Counted from the first letter of the stretch, positions 37,451 through 50,287 are shown. The stretch: 64,000 bases of DNA from Felis catus (GCF_018350175.1 NC_058382.1:58530001-58594000); one strand, 5' to 3'. A program made the numbers and translations. Notes: generated from the letters alone by a model not told the origin.

Positions 37451-37485
37451 GTTTTGTTTTGTTTTGTTTTGTTTTGTTTTGTTTT
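37451..37485. repeat. (GTTTT)7
   Basis: Pure pentamer run. Confidence 0.9.
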
Positions 37486-38029
37486 CGGTCATCCACGGGG
37501 CAGGAACCAGATGGCATGCTAATGTGCAGGTCTAGGGTCTCGTCCGGGGCAGGCTCCCGGGGCTCCCGGGACTTGGCACGAGACGATGCATCTCTGGCAT
37601 CCACCAGCTTCTTGGAAAGTGGATTCCGCTCTCCCTTCTCAGCGTTTGCGGGTTCAGACTCTTTTGACTTCTAGTGACACCGCAACGGGGAGCTTTCTGC
37701 TTTGTCTGTGCTCCGGTGCTGAGGCAATCATTCCTCCAAATCGGGTCTCTCAGTGAGCCGTGTTGACCGACCCTTTTCAGGGAAGGGGCGCGAGGGTCTG
37801 TGGCCACAGAAAAGTGGACAGCCTCAGCCGGAACAACGGCAGAGGCTCCGGTTTCCCAAACAAGCGAGTGAGCCCCGTTTCTATTTTCTGGACTCACAGG
37901 ACGCCCAGAAATTTCCGTTTGCTCCCACGTTCACGTCGGCTCCAGAACTGAGCTGGGTCCGTGGTGGTGTTGAGACGGCCGATGTTGGTAGGGCCGTGGC
38001 AGTGCCTGAAGCCACCCTTACGGGGCGAC

Positions 38030-38513
38030 GTGGTCAGCTGGGTAACGGCCCCCCCAAAGATAGTCCGTGTCCTAAAGCGTGGCGCCTGCGAACCCCGCCT
38101 TCTCCGGCCCCAAGACGACCTTGCAGATGCGACCGAGTTCCAGTTTTGGGGGCGCGGAGAGTGTGTTGGGGGGTCTAGGTAGGCCCTGAACGCGATCGCG
38201 AGTGTTCTCGGAGATGGGGGAGGGGGAGATTCCACGCAGAGAAGTAGAAGCCGTGTGGGCCCAGAGGCAGAGGCTGAGCCCCAGGGCCGTGAGTCGAGAA
38301 AAGGCAGCAGCTGTCAGAAACTGGAGGAGGGGAGGAAGTGGAGTCCCCCCTGGAGCCACCAGAGGAAGCCAGCGTGCTGACACCTTGATTTTTAGCTCAG
38401 CAAAACAAGATGTCAGACTTCTGGCTTCTAGAACCGTGAGAGAAGAAATTTCCGTCGCCGTAAGCCTCCCAGTTAGTGGTAGTTTGTTACAGCGGCCTTG
38501 GGACACGGACGCG
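38030..38513 (+). mobile_element. MaLR solo LTR (MLT1B/C/D-like)
   Basis: aacggcccccccaaagat...tgctgacaccttgattttt...tcagacttctggcttctagaaccgtgagag...gtggtagtttgttacagc. Confidence 0.85.
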
Positions 38514-38804
38514 GGTAGGTACAGCGAACGTCGCCCCGTTTTACGGGTGAGGAAAGTGACCTTGACCTGTAAGGGAAGCTCTGGGTGTGACCAGGGGTCG
38601 GTTCAGTTTGTCCGTGGACTGTCCCCTTGGCTCCCCTGGAAGATGGGGGCCCGAGCGCTCTAGGTTTGATTGGCCGGAGGACGGGGGCCGTCTTCTGTAG
38701 ACGGTGGGTGTAGACACAGCCGTAAGCTTTGAATTGATCCAGTGATCTCTGCTAGGTGTGTTGGGCTCCTAGGATCAAGGCAGTTCAGCTGATTTATCTA
38801 TTGG

Positions 38805-38844
<40 letters not shown>

Positions 38845-38851
38845 ATCTATC
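38805..38851. repeat. (TATC)n tetranucleotide STR
   Basis: About 11 units. Confidence 0.93.
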
Positions 38852-39899
38852 GCTGCAGCCATCCATCCAGCTGCCATTTATCCGTCTGTCTTCACGTCCA
38901 CCACCAAACATGTTCAGCTTAAGAACAGGATGTTTAAGCACGGGATACTTAAGAATTAAGTGTGGGCTTGAGGGGTGCGGGGGAGGGGAGCACAGACACG
39001 GCTGCCATGGTGGGAAACGGGGGGAAACCCAGGCCAGGAGGCCAGAGTCTACACGGTCAAGGTCATCCCAGGCCAAAATGCACTCAGTCAAGAGGAAGTC
39101 AAGAGGGTCTTGCTATGTAGAGCAAAGCTCAAAGGAATTTGGGAACAGGGGAAGCTCGAAGGCCTGTGCAAGCAGCTCTGGTCGGTGTGGGAAACTCTGA
39201 TAACAGCAGGGAGGGTTCTAGAAGCTGGACCTACATGTGAGTGGGGAGCCCTGGAGTAGTTGGAAGAAGACATCAGGGCCCCCGACAAGGGGACTAGATG
39301 TCACAAGCAAGCAAGAAACTCAACTCACCGTTGGTCGGGGCACAGGCCCGGGAGAAAAGGCTCAGAAACAACGTGCTCAAGCGCAACCTGACGGCCAAGG
39401 TCACGGCGGACGCCCAAGGTCGACCTGGCTGGCGAGCTCCCAGGCCCTAGCACGGAGCCCCAGAGGCCTGGGCCGGAGCGCTTGCCCCGAGCGAGCGAGG
39501 CAGGCGGGCCTGGCCCTGCAGGGGCGGTGGGGGGTGGGGTGTGCAGCCGCGACGGCTGTGCTCAGACGAGAGCAGAGGTGAGGACCCGGCCGGGCGTGAC
39601 GGGCAACGTCGAGAGAAGCAGGGGCTGGTGCCCCGTGCTTCTAACTCCAGCTGGCTGTCTGGTTCAGTTATGCACGTATTTAATGAGACTTTGTACATGG
39701 TGGGGACCTAAGGCACACTGAGCTCCGGAAGCTCGCAGTCCAGATGAGCAGGCGCCCGGGCAGAAAATCACACTCGGGGCGTCCACGGGGGCGGCCGGCC
39801 CGGGGGGCGTGGGGGCGAGGAGACACAGAGCGGGGGCAGACTGGGGACCGTGCGAGCCAGTGAGCGCGGGCGCGCTCGGTCCTGGCTGCGCAGAAGACG

Positions 39900-40035
39900 C
39901 GCCTGGGAGCTGCTGAGAATACGGAGGGGGGGCCCCCAGCCCCCGAGATCCTGATTCTGCTGACCAGGGCAGAGGGCCTGGGCACCTGTACTTGAAACAA
40001 CTTCCTCAGATGATGCCAGGTTGAAACCACCAGGC
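39900..40035. mobile_element. MER5-like hAT fragment
   Basis: gagatcctgattc...ggcctgggcacctgtacttgaaacaacttcctcagatgatgccaggttgaaaccac. Confidence 0.55.
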
Positions 40036-40495
40036 TGCAGGGGAAATGCTTCCGGAGTTGGGGGGCCAGACCCTGTCTTAGGGGACACACAAAGGCTTCC
40101 TGGCAGAGGTGACGCGGCTTCACCCAGGGTGTCTGTTTGCCCTTCTACCAAAACCAGAGGGGGCATCGTCTGCTTCGCACCCTGGCTGGGCGACCAGCTA
40201 ACGTTTCCAGCTTGGGTGCTCTGCCCGTCCCTGAGCGGGGTGGGGGGGGCACCTGCGAGCAGGCACGGTGTCTTTCACGTGGCATCCTCCCCCGTGAGGT
40301 CGCCAGGGTTCAGAAGGGACAGCGGTGGAAGCCGGTCCTCACCCCAGAGGGCGGGGCCCGAGACTGGGCACCTCTGACCCTCTCCCGGGGGACCCGATCG
40401 TGCTTTGAGAGGCGGAGGTGCAAGATGGTCTTAACGCCGCTCGATGGGGGAATTGTGTCGGAGGTTTTGAATGAACTTTAAAACATAAAAAAGAC

Positions 40496-40709
40496 GGGGG
40501 CCCCTGGGTGGCTCGGTCGGTTAAGAGTCTGGCCCTCGATTTCGGCTCAGGTCACGAATTCGCGGTTCATGGGTTCGAGCCCCACGTTGGGCTCTGTGCT
40601 GACAGCACGGAGCCCGCTTGGGACTGTCTCTCTCCCTCCCTGTCTCCTCCTCCCCTGCTCGCGCTCTCTCTTTCTCTCAAAAATAAATCAGCAAACATTG
40701 AAAAAATTT
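40496..40709 (+). mobile_element. Can-SINE (older, diverged)
   Basis: gggggcccctgggtggctcggtcggttaag...gggttcgagccc...tctcaaaaataaat, with an imperfect TSD (aaaaagacgg / aaaaagatgg). Confidence 0.9.
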
Positions 40710-43233
40710 AAAAAGATGGTTCCTGAGGTTGACTGCTCACAGGATGCACGAAAGATCGGGAGCAAATACTTAAGTGGAGAAAGAAAACACCGCGGCGACT
40801 GGCAGGTGGCCCCAGGGCTCCCGACTGGGACACAAGATTTAGCTCAGCCTTAATCTGACCTCTTGTTTCCCCCCTGCCCCGCAGGGGTGGTGGCTCGACA
40901 CGGCCTCCAGGGCCACCTCTGAGCGCAAAGAACAGATTCAAGAGCACCATGGTTCTCTCTTTTTCAAATTCTTAACGTATGTGTTTATACGTATTCGAGT
41001 GTAGCCGTATTTGAGTTTAGTTTGGGGTGGCTGGACACGTCTATACATCCTGCTGTGCTCACCATACAGCTGGTGCCGAGCACCGTCCGAGCTCCCCACG
41101 TGTGCTCTAAAAGTGACGTAAAACATAACCAGAGTAAAGTGTCAGGACGTTTTTCCAGAATGAGTGAGCGAGGCTCAGTTTTGCAAAAGAGACCCCGGAA
41201 GGAACTCTGGGCTTTGGGGGTGTGCTGATGGCTCTTCAGGGGGCGGTGGGGAGGGCGAGAGGGAACAAGGCAGGGGAAGGAACGAAACGCGACACAGTGA
41301 CACAAGAGAGACCACACTCTTCTGGTAGAGGGGGGATGGCCCGTAATGAGTTCTGCTCTTTTAAGAAATTACCTAAAATATGAAAGTTTCTGCTGCCCAA
41401 AGTCCCCTCTGGCTGGCTAGATCATTTCATTACTTCTGGTTTTTTCATTTGCCTCTGTGGTTGGAATCTGGTCGTGGTCCTACCCACCCGTGCTCGCCTC
41501 GTGCCGAGAGACGGTGCCCGGGGCTCTTTGCCGTGAGCCCAGGTGGTGAATCAATCCCTGGCTGGGGGCCTCGCGTCGTCTTGAGTCTTTCTGGGTGTCC
41601 TGTGGGGCCTGAGCGGTCCGTGCTAAGTTACTCTGCTCACCCGGGGCCCCGGCAACCGCGTTTGTTCTCCAGCCGGGGCTCTTTTGTCACTGTGCTGACA
41701 CTGTCGATCTGGAAGTCAGGTGGCAAGAAATTCCAGCCATCCAGAAAGTCCTTGTGGAGACAGACAAGAAGCGAAAAGCGCCCGCTCCGCGCAGGGGGCC
41801 CGAGGACCGGGTCCGGAGCCCCTGCCCTCGGGTGGTGCCGTCCAGCTGCCCTGTTGTGCACTCTCTCCGGCCACAGGCTCTGGCCGCTGCGGCTGCTGGG
41901 GAGGGACGGTGAGACGCGTGTGACCGAGTGGTGCAGACAGAGACGTCTGGGCCGTTCTGTGTCCGTGACTTTGATAGGCCTGTACTTCCTCTGCCAAGTA
42001 ATTCCCCCGATTTGCCGGGGAACAGAGGGAAGGGTGGGGGGGGGGTGTCTCGCTGCTTTGTGCAATTGCAAAAGTGCTGAGGTAAATGACGTTTTAAGGT
42101 TTTGTGTATTTTTTGAAGAACATTTTTGGCGGAAAGCGTTTTCCTCTCCGTGCCTGTGGGCTGGGGCTCCCCCGAGTCAGCCCCCCTTCTTCCTGCCTCG
42201 GGGGCAGGGGGTCTGCAAGAGCCCTTTCCCTGGCCCGGAAGGCTCTTTCCCGGAAGCTTACGGGTCTGCACCACTGGATCAGGCGGCCCTTGGCTCGGAC
42301 GTGCCTCCCGCGACACCTGCCTGGCCGGGCCGCACCCAGGGTGTCCGCCCCTCAGCGCCCTGTATGGCCTGCGGCCTGTCCACCTTCTGTCCAGTGGCTG
42401 CAGCTCTTGGCGAGGGTCCCCTGCCCTTATCCGGCATCCCCAGTGCCGAGCATGAGCTCCCACGGGCTGGAACTCGGTGCCCGGCCGGTGGTTCCCATCC
42501 CCCGCGTGGCTTTCAGCCCCGCCACCCACAGGTCCTGAGAGGTCCTGGGGTCCTCCAGCTCGGGGGCGGGGCCACCCGTTAAGACCTCCCTACATCCCAG
42601 CTTCACGTCTTGCCTTCGACGCTTGTGGGCTGACTTTGGGTGAGACGCTTAATATGCCTGTGCCTCAGTTTCCTTATCTGTATAATGGGGACACGGCCTG
42701 TAGCGTGTCGGGAGCATTATGCGAATGTACGAACGCACTCGGCACTGCCCCCTCCCCCCCCCCCCCACGGCCACGACTGCCCCCGTCACTGCTTCCGCAG
42801 CTCACGGTTACCACGACGACGGGCGCCACCGGTGCTGGAGCTCCGACGACGCCTCCTCTGGCTGCCGCTGCGTCACTCTGGCTGACGGCGCCACCGCGGC
42901 GATTCCTACCGCCACGATCCCGGACGCCATTGTCACTGGGCCACGGCGGCTGTTACCACCGCCCCGTTGCTGCTCTTCCTGGGACCACCGCTGTCGCTGC
43001 AGCTCCTCTCACTACCGCCCCTGCTTCCACGGGCCACGGGATTACCGCCCGCCACAGGCCACTGCTGCTCACGGAAGGACTCCTTCCGTGGTTGCCGTTG
43101 GCGGGACCGTGGCGATTCCTACCGCAGTGGCCACCCAGCTTCCTTCCGGGTGACGTCCTCCGCACAGTCTTACCCTGAGTCTTTCTCCAACACCAGCCTC
43201 TCGGAGCCTCCTCAAGTGTCCTGTGATGCGGGG

Positions 43234-44083
43234 TGGTGTCTTTTAGGGACATCTTGGGGGGGGCATTGGTGGGGGGTGGTGTCCTTTAGGGACAGCCCGG
43301 GGGGCACCGGTGGGGGTTGGTGTCCTTTAGGGACAGTCCGGGGGGCACCGGTGGGGGTTGGTGTCCTTTAGGGACAGTCCAGGGGGGCACCGGTGGCGGT
43401 TGGTGTCCTTTAGGGACAGTCCAGGGGGGCACCGGTGGGGGTTGGTGTCCTTTAGGGACAGTCCGGGGGGCACCGGTGGGGGTTGGTGTCCTTTAGGGAC
43501 AGTCCAGGGGGGCACCGGTGGGGGTTGGTGTCCTTTAGGGACAGTCCAGGGGGGCACCGGTGGGGGTTGGTGTCCTTTAGGGACAGCCCGGGGGGCACCG
43601 GTGGGGGTTGGTGTCCTTTAGGGACAGCCCGGGGGGCACCGGTGGGGGTTGGTGTCCTTTAGGGACAGCCCGGGGGGCACCGGTGGGGGTTGGTGTCCTT
43701 TAGGGACAGCCCGGGGGGCACCGGTGGGGGTTGGTGTCCTTTAGGGACAGCCCGGGGGGCACCGGTGGGGGTTGGTGTCCTTTAGGGACAGCCCGGGGGG
43801 CACCGGTGGGGGTTGGTGTCCTTTAGGGACAGCCCGGGGGGCACCGGTGGGGGTTGGTGTCCTTTAGGGACAGCCCGGGGGGCACCGGTGGGGGTTGGTG
43901 TCCTTTAGGGACAGCCCGGGGGGCACCGGTGGGGGTTGGTGTCCTTTAGGGACAGCCCGGGGGGCACCGGTGGGGGTTGGTGTCCTTTAGGGACAGTCCG
44001 GGGGGCACCGGTGGGGGTTGGTGTCCTTTAGGGACAGTCCTGGGGGTCCGGTGTGGGGTGGTGTCTTTTAGGGACAGCCCAGG
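43234..44083. repeat. 41-bp G-rich minisatellite (VNTR), 21 copies
   Basis: Unit ggtgtcctttagggacag[c/t]cc(a)ggggggcaccggtgggggtt; 21 tttagggaca cores counted; homogeneous centre, degenerate ends. Confidence 0.98.
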
Positions 44084-45997
44084 GCGCGTCGGCCCGACAT
44101 GCTTACCACTCTGTCATGCAGGGAGATTCCAGCAGGATGGAGGGAAAGTGTTACGTCATGTGACTGTAGGCTTGCTGCACCTGTTTCCTTACTCCCCTTG
44201 GGGACCCCCCCTTTTACAGCGGACTCACTTTGACCTTTGGTCAGGCACCCAGGCTAACTACCAGCTCCTGGGTCATAAAAACTCCCTGTATTGAGTTTCT
44301 GTTCAGTGACAGTTTAGAGTTACTCAAACCGACAGTGTTCATCAGGCAGCACGAGGCTTGAAACCTCTTTATTCCTCTTAATATCCAATATTTGGACAAC
44401 ATGCTACCGGTAAAATATTACTTCAAAGGGACGTCTCTGAGTCGGTGAGTGTAGGCCTCGGAGCCGGAGGGTCCCGGCTGTGTGAGCTCAGCGAAGCGGC
44501 CTCCCCTCTCTCTGCCTCTGCCTCTTCCTCTAGGAAACGGGGCTAAAAACGGCATCCGTCTCCAGGGATTAACGTGAGGGTCCGTGAGTTGTTGCAGCTA
44601 AAACGCCCCCGCAGCACCTGACGCAGGGCGCCCCATTATTTTTATACTGCTTGAGAGATGACAGCAGGGACAGTGTCTTCCTTTGCGTGTGTCCGGCCTC
44701 GGCCCGGTGACCGGCGCACCAGAGGCCGGCGCGTGCCGATGGAGTGAGCGAGTGAAGGCACGAGGGCCGAGTTCGCAAGGCGGGTGCGGGCCAGACGGCC
44801 CTGGCCTCTCCCTCGGCTTCCCCTGCCCCCTTCCCTCTGCGATGCCCTCCTCCCTCCGCCAGCACTGCCTTGGTGTCTCCCCTCCCGGTCACGCCCGGTT
44901 CCCGGGGGTTCTAGCGCCAGCCCCTTGCGTTTCCGTGTGATACAAGTCGCCATAGCCCCGCCCCGAGAGTGCCACAGGGGCCCCTTTCCTTTCTTTTAGG
45001 ACTAACCGGTTCTCGGCGAAGCGATTTCGGTCAAGCAGGCGTGACACACGGCTGTCTAATGACAATCTTGCCGGTTGGAGGCCAGCGGCCTGGCTGGGGC
45101 AGCGTCCGTCTTACCCGCCGTGGTCCCACACGCACGACAGACGGCAGGCGTGGCCTCGCAGGGAATCTCAGATTGGAGTTCTGGCCGCCCTCGTCAGTGT
45201 GTAACAGAGGGTTCACGGCCAACCTCAAGGTGGAGGGCCCGCGAAAGTTTCGCGTTCATTGCAAACGGAACTCCTGAGAGCCTCGTGTCTGTATCAGACC
45301 GCGCCTGCTTCTCTTCCTCCTTTGACCTTCACGGACAGGTGTTCCTCAAGGCTGCCTTTGCCCCTCTCTTCCCTCACTGGCCCTCCCGGTCCAGAGCCAG
45401 CTCCAGCGAGCCTATATGGCTCTCTTGTGAACTGGAAAAAGTCACCCCTGCTGGGAAGATGGGTTAAAAAAGGCTCCCCCTCTGGGTGAGCACCTGCAGG
45501 CCTGGGGCTTGGCAAACTGCCTGCCGCGCCTTTTGTGTGAAGAAAAAAGAGCCCCTTGCTTCAGAGAAGGCCGCATACAGCTTGCCTTTTTAACTCTGCC
45601 TGAAAGCCAGGTGCTTTGTGCAGTGCACACACTGTGCCACTGTGTGTGGCAGCCCCGCTTCCAACACCCGATCCATCGGCTTTGAAAAGTCTGTGGTGTA
45701 ATCTCTTGCCACCCGCGCCGTTACGTTCCTCAAAAATACCCGGGATTGCTAAACAGCAGCTGGAGAGGCAAACTCACAAACAAAACCAACAACAGGGAAT
45801 TAGATACCCTCAAACCAAATCTCTAGATGGCATCTGCGTCCCAAACAAACCACATCTGTAAGTGTTGAGGACCCGCTTCTGTAAGCAAAGCTCTCGACCA
45901 CTTTCTCTGAACGGCTCAGGGAGCGTTGCTTCCGTGCGGCCATCTTTGGGGCCTGTGCGTTGTATGTGATGCGAACTGTACTTTAAAACGTCCTTCC

Positions 45998-46220
45998 GGG
46001 GGCGCCTGGGTGGCACAGTCGGTTAAGCGTCCGACTTCAGCCAGGTCACGATCTCACGGTCCGTGAGTTCGAGCCCCGCGTCGGGCTCTGGGCTGATGGC
46101 TCGGAGCCTGGAGCCTGTTTCCGATGCTGTGTCTCCCTCTCTCTCTGCCCCTCCCCCGTTCATGCTCTGTCTCTCTCTGTCCCAAAAATAAATAAAAAAC
46201 GTTGAAAAAAAAATTTTATA
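45998..46220 (+). mobile_element. Young felid SINE (SINEC_Fc-like) with perfect 13-bp TSD
   Basis: TSD aaaacgtccttcc at 45985-45997 and 46221-46233, at a TT/AAAA L1-endonuclease site; tail aataaataaaaaacgttgaaaa. Confidence 0.96.
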
Positions 46221-49200
46221 AAAACGTCCTTCCAAATATTTGCTGCCTGAGACCGATGTCCTGGGAACGCTGTCCCTGGAGATTCAGAGGCTCGAGGAAC
46301 GCTTTCTTGATCCTTGTCTGTTTGAGGTCCCCGCGTCGACAGGGTGAAGCGTAAACGGACGCACAAGGACAGTGGTTTAAAAACGTGCGAGCGTTCTACA
46401 AAACACGGAGACTCTCAAGAGCGCAGTGGTAGGAGGGTGCCTCTGGGCAAACATCTGAACCCACCCCTTCTTCCAGAAACGGAGAGGAAAGCAGCATCCA
46501 CTTCAAAGGGCTGCTGAAGGATCAAATGAGATCCCGTACGCAAAGCGCTCACAACGTTGCTGAGCACGTGGTCGGTGCTCAGTTAAATTAAACCGTAATT
46601 ACTTTTCCTGCCGCTTCGCGTTTTTGTACGACACGCAGCATTCGTCTGGGTGCCTTGCAAATGCTACGTACGCAATGATATCTTCTCTTCATTGTTTTTT
46701 AAAGGAAAAAAACACGTACAAACGTAAGAAGCACCCGCAAGACAGTGTCTGTGTGTGGCCAGAGAATTTAAACAAAGCTTCCTCCTTCCTCGACCTTCCA
46801 AAAGCCAGAGATACGTGGTGCTCACGGTTTGCTAGGCGTCCTTGCCAGGCGCGAGCGGGTGTTCTGTTTTTATAAAAATAGGATTATACCAGGCGCACTG
46901 CTCTGCGCCTTGCGGTGTCTGGATTTTGCACATGGAGGGGTGTTTAGTTTCCGGGTGGGTGTTTTTCGCAGTGATGTGGACCCGCAGGTGGTCTGAATGG
47001 ACCGACTCTGGGTCTGGGGTTCCTGCCGTGGGACCGGCGTGATGCCTTGTGTTCTCAGTTGCTTTCAAATAGTGATGCCTTTTCCTGCTCCAGAGGAGAA
47101 AAGGAAGGTGACCCAGACTTGCGTTTCCCTGCGGGGAGTGCTCAGCATGGAGACCCTGAGCCAGAGGACGTGGCTTTTGCTGCTTTGGGCAGAATGCCCA
47201 CGGCATGGTGCCCGGGCTGGACTCGGCGGTGGGGGGGGGGGGGACGGTGCCCTTGGGTCAGCTTTCTCTTTCGCGCTGCGTTGCAGAGCAATTCTGGCCG
47301 AGAACAGTTCTGATAGAAAGAGCTTCTGAATCAGTATAACAACAGTTATCTTGCAAAAGGGCAAAACTGAAAAAAAAAAAAAACCCAGGTTTTAAAAAGC
47401 ATTACGGTTATAGAGATGTGTCGCCTAAAATACCCTGTAACGGTTTGTGGGAATGTTCTGAGCCACGTTATGAAAGAAGGGCTCCGGGCCAGAGTTTTCA
47501 AGGGTAATCAGAAAAACCAACCCTGAACCCTGGGAGCGTGTGCGGCCCACCCTGGCGATGTCACAACACATGTCTCTCAGGGCGGCCGTGTCGGACCCTC
47601 GGGTGCACCTGGCTGGGGCGGGATCTTGAGGGAGAGCCTTTGTGCTTTGAGAAGGGACACAGTCCACCTGCCACTTCCTGAGTTGTCATGGCTCTGCACC
47701 GTGGAGGATGGTGAAGGTCAGGTGAAAATAGGCACGGTCATGATTTGTTATTTAGCAAGGGACACGAGCTACGCTCACGTTGGGCCTCCTGAATTTGGGG
47801 TTGTGTCCCGGCCGTCCCGGGCTTGTCCGAGCCCCTCCCTGCTCCCTCTGCTCCCCAGCGGGGTCCTTGCCCGGTGGCCCCCCAGCTCTCTCCCGTGATC
47901 TCTCCCCCCACCCGCCACCCGCCTCGCTTCTCCTTCTTGGAGAGGCTCACCCCGGGCCGCGGACCCCGAATCTCCGTGGGGTGCGTCGGTCGGGGTGCGG
48001 GGCATTGGGGCACCTTCGCGCTGGATCCGCTGTCGGGGCTCCCAACACGCGCTCCTCCCTGACCTCGTAGAAACGCCGCCGATTGTTCTGTTTAACGTGG
48101 CGTACGAGGGTGGTGGGTAGTTCCCCGGCCTCCCTGTGGACGGGGTCGCCCTCACCCCCAAGGCTGGGAAGGAGCCAAGGGGCTGGCTGGAGACCCGGGA
48201 GCTGGGCGGCACGCTGGCTGTGGGATCTGGGCGGTCTGAACAGCCTCTCTGGGCTTTAGTTTCTGCACCTTTAAAACGGCGCAGGAATCCTGGCCCTCCC
48301 TAACTCACGAGGTTGACACGCGGCCGCGGCGGGACAGCAGGGGCCACGTGCTCACCGCATCTGAGAGCGGCCGTCCGCGCACGCACCGGGCCGCGCCCCG
48401 AAGACCCGAGCGCGTCTCTCTCTCCTGTTTCGCCTCGATGTGTGCAGTCTCTGGCATGATGCCTGGTCCACGGGAGCGCCCAGGAAGCGTTTGCTGGCTG
48501 AAGCCTGACAGCCGGGGGTCCGGCTTTCGATACGCCTTCGCCCCCAAGCACCAGGAGGGCCGACCAGCTGCCAGGCGTGGCCTGGGCACTGGGAGAACAA
48601 AGGGCCGCGTGTGGCCCGTGCTGCGGACAGCCCGCGACCGAAGGGATCGAGGCAGAATGACACCGCGGCTCATGAAGCGTCCACACGTTCTAGATCAAGT
48701 CAGTTACCCAGAAGGGAGCGCCGGCTTCCCCGTTTTATACTCGACAGACACACATACAGCGCCCGCTCTGCGCGTGGCGTGGCTGTTGGAGCCGCGAACG
48801 TGAACCACGTAAGTCCTTCCAACAGCCCTTCGGGAGCAGGTCTCACCGTCACCACCACCATTTCGCGGAGGAGGAACACGGCCTTGTGGACACCTTGACC
48901 CCAGCCCAACGAGGCCGTGTCCTACCTGCGGCTCCCAGAAGCGAGAGGTGACGGGTCCGTGTCGGTTTCACCTGCTGAATCTGTGCTCAGGGGCTACGGC
49001 AGCGACGAGAGCGGAACGGAAGGTCTTGAAGAACAGATGCGACGGTGATTTTCAAACCCGACCTCCTGCTCTGTAACCCGGTGCCCCTCTCAGAGCAGGG
49101 ACAGGCCCCTGCCCTCCGCCCTTCCCTGTCCGGCGTCTCCGGGCCGCTGGGCCCGTCCCGGGCCGCGAGGGGGCTGCGTCCCGGCCAGCCAGCTCCGCAC

Positions 49201-49875
49201 CGCGGACGGCCCGGGGCTCAGCCAGGCTGGGAGCCGGTTTGTGGACTGTGGCCCAGGGGCAGGTTGGAAAATGACTTTTGCCCACGTCTGTCTCGGCAAA
49301 CAGCGACGCAGAGGACGCGCGCCCCGGGGGGCGTCGAGTGGAGTCTCCCGAGTGCCTAGAGAAGGACGCAGCCCTTTTCTCAGCGAGGGGTGAAGTGAAG
49401 GTGCCCCTTGGCTCACTAGCTGCTCGGAGCCAGGTCTTCTGCGCAAAGAAAAGGCAGCAGAAAACGAGAGACGCGGTGCCTCCTGGAGCGCCCGGTCTGA
49501 GTTTGCCGGACGGGGGCCGTTGGGGGGCTGGGGTGAGCCACCCCGGCCGGCCAGGCACCCCGCGTGGGAGCTGCAGGGTGCCTCGGCAGCCGCGGTGACC
49601 CCTGTGACCCCTCGGGGCGCCCGGGGCGGCCGACGGGCCTCAGTGGGGCAGGAGCCCGCCAGCCCGGGAAGAATCTGAGGCAGAGGAACTTGGCCGAAAC
49701 CCAACTTCTCTAAAAGTATTAAAAGCCCGTGGCCCACAAAGGCCCGGTTGCAAGGTCCCGCGGGCTCTGACGGTCGGCTCCCTGACCGTTGAGACCAAGT
49801 GCGGTCCTGGCGTTGAGCAATAGGGCTGTACCCTGGCACCGTACCCACCCTGCCCTGCCCCGTCCTACTCACACT

Positions 49876-50287
49876 GGAGGAGAGGAGAGGAGGGGAGAGA
49901 GGAGGAGAGGGGAGGGGAGGGGAGAGGGGAGGGGAGGGAAGGGGAAGGGAGGGAAGGGGAAGGGAGGAGAGGAGGGGAGGGGAGGGGAGAGAGGAGGGGA
50001 GGGGAGAGGGAAGGAGAGGGGATGGGAGGAGAGGAGGGGAGGGGAGAGGGGAGGGAAGGGGAGGGGAGGGAAGGGGAAGGGAGGGAAGGGGAAGGGAGGA
50101 GAGGAGAGAAGGGGAGGGGAGGGGAGGGGAGAGAGGAGGGGAGGGGAGAGGGAAGGAGAGGGGATGGGAGGAGAGGAGGGGAGGGGAGAGGGGAGGGGAG
50201 GGGAAGGGAGGGGAGGGGAGGGGAGAGGAGAGCGAAGGAGAGGGGAAGGGATGAGAGGAGAGGAGGGGAGGGGAGGCGAGGGGAGGG
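49876..50287. repeat. Polypurine (GGAGA/GGGGA/GGGAA)n tract, about 410 bp
   Basis: Almost only G/A on +, with an internal higher-order duplication (gatggg at 50021 and 50163). Confidence 0.97.

Noticed and set aside
41380..42582. 400-aa plus-strand ORF
   Set aside because: No recognisable family, and the composition looks like translated GC-rich non-coding DNA. A BLASTP/PhyloCSF hit would be needed.
43234..44083. CRISPR array or interstitial telomere
   Set aside because: No unique spacers, no cas genes, eukaryotic context; TTAGGG occurs once per unit, not in tandem.
45998..46090. tRNA gene
   Set aside because: The A/B boxes belong to tRNA-derived SINE heads followed by CT-rich bodies, A tails and TSDs.
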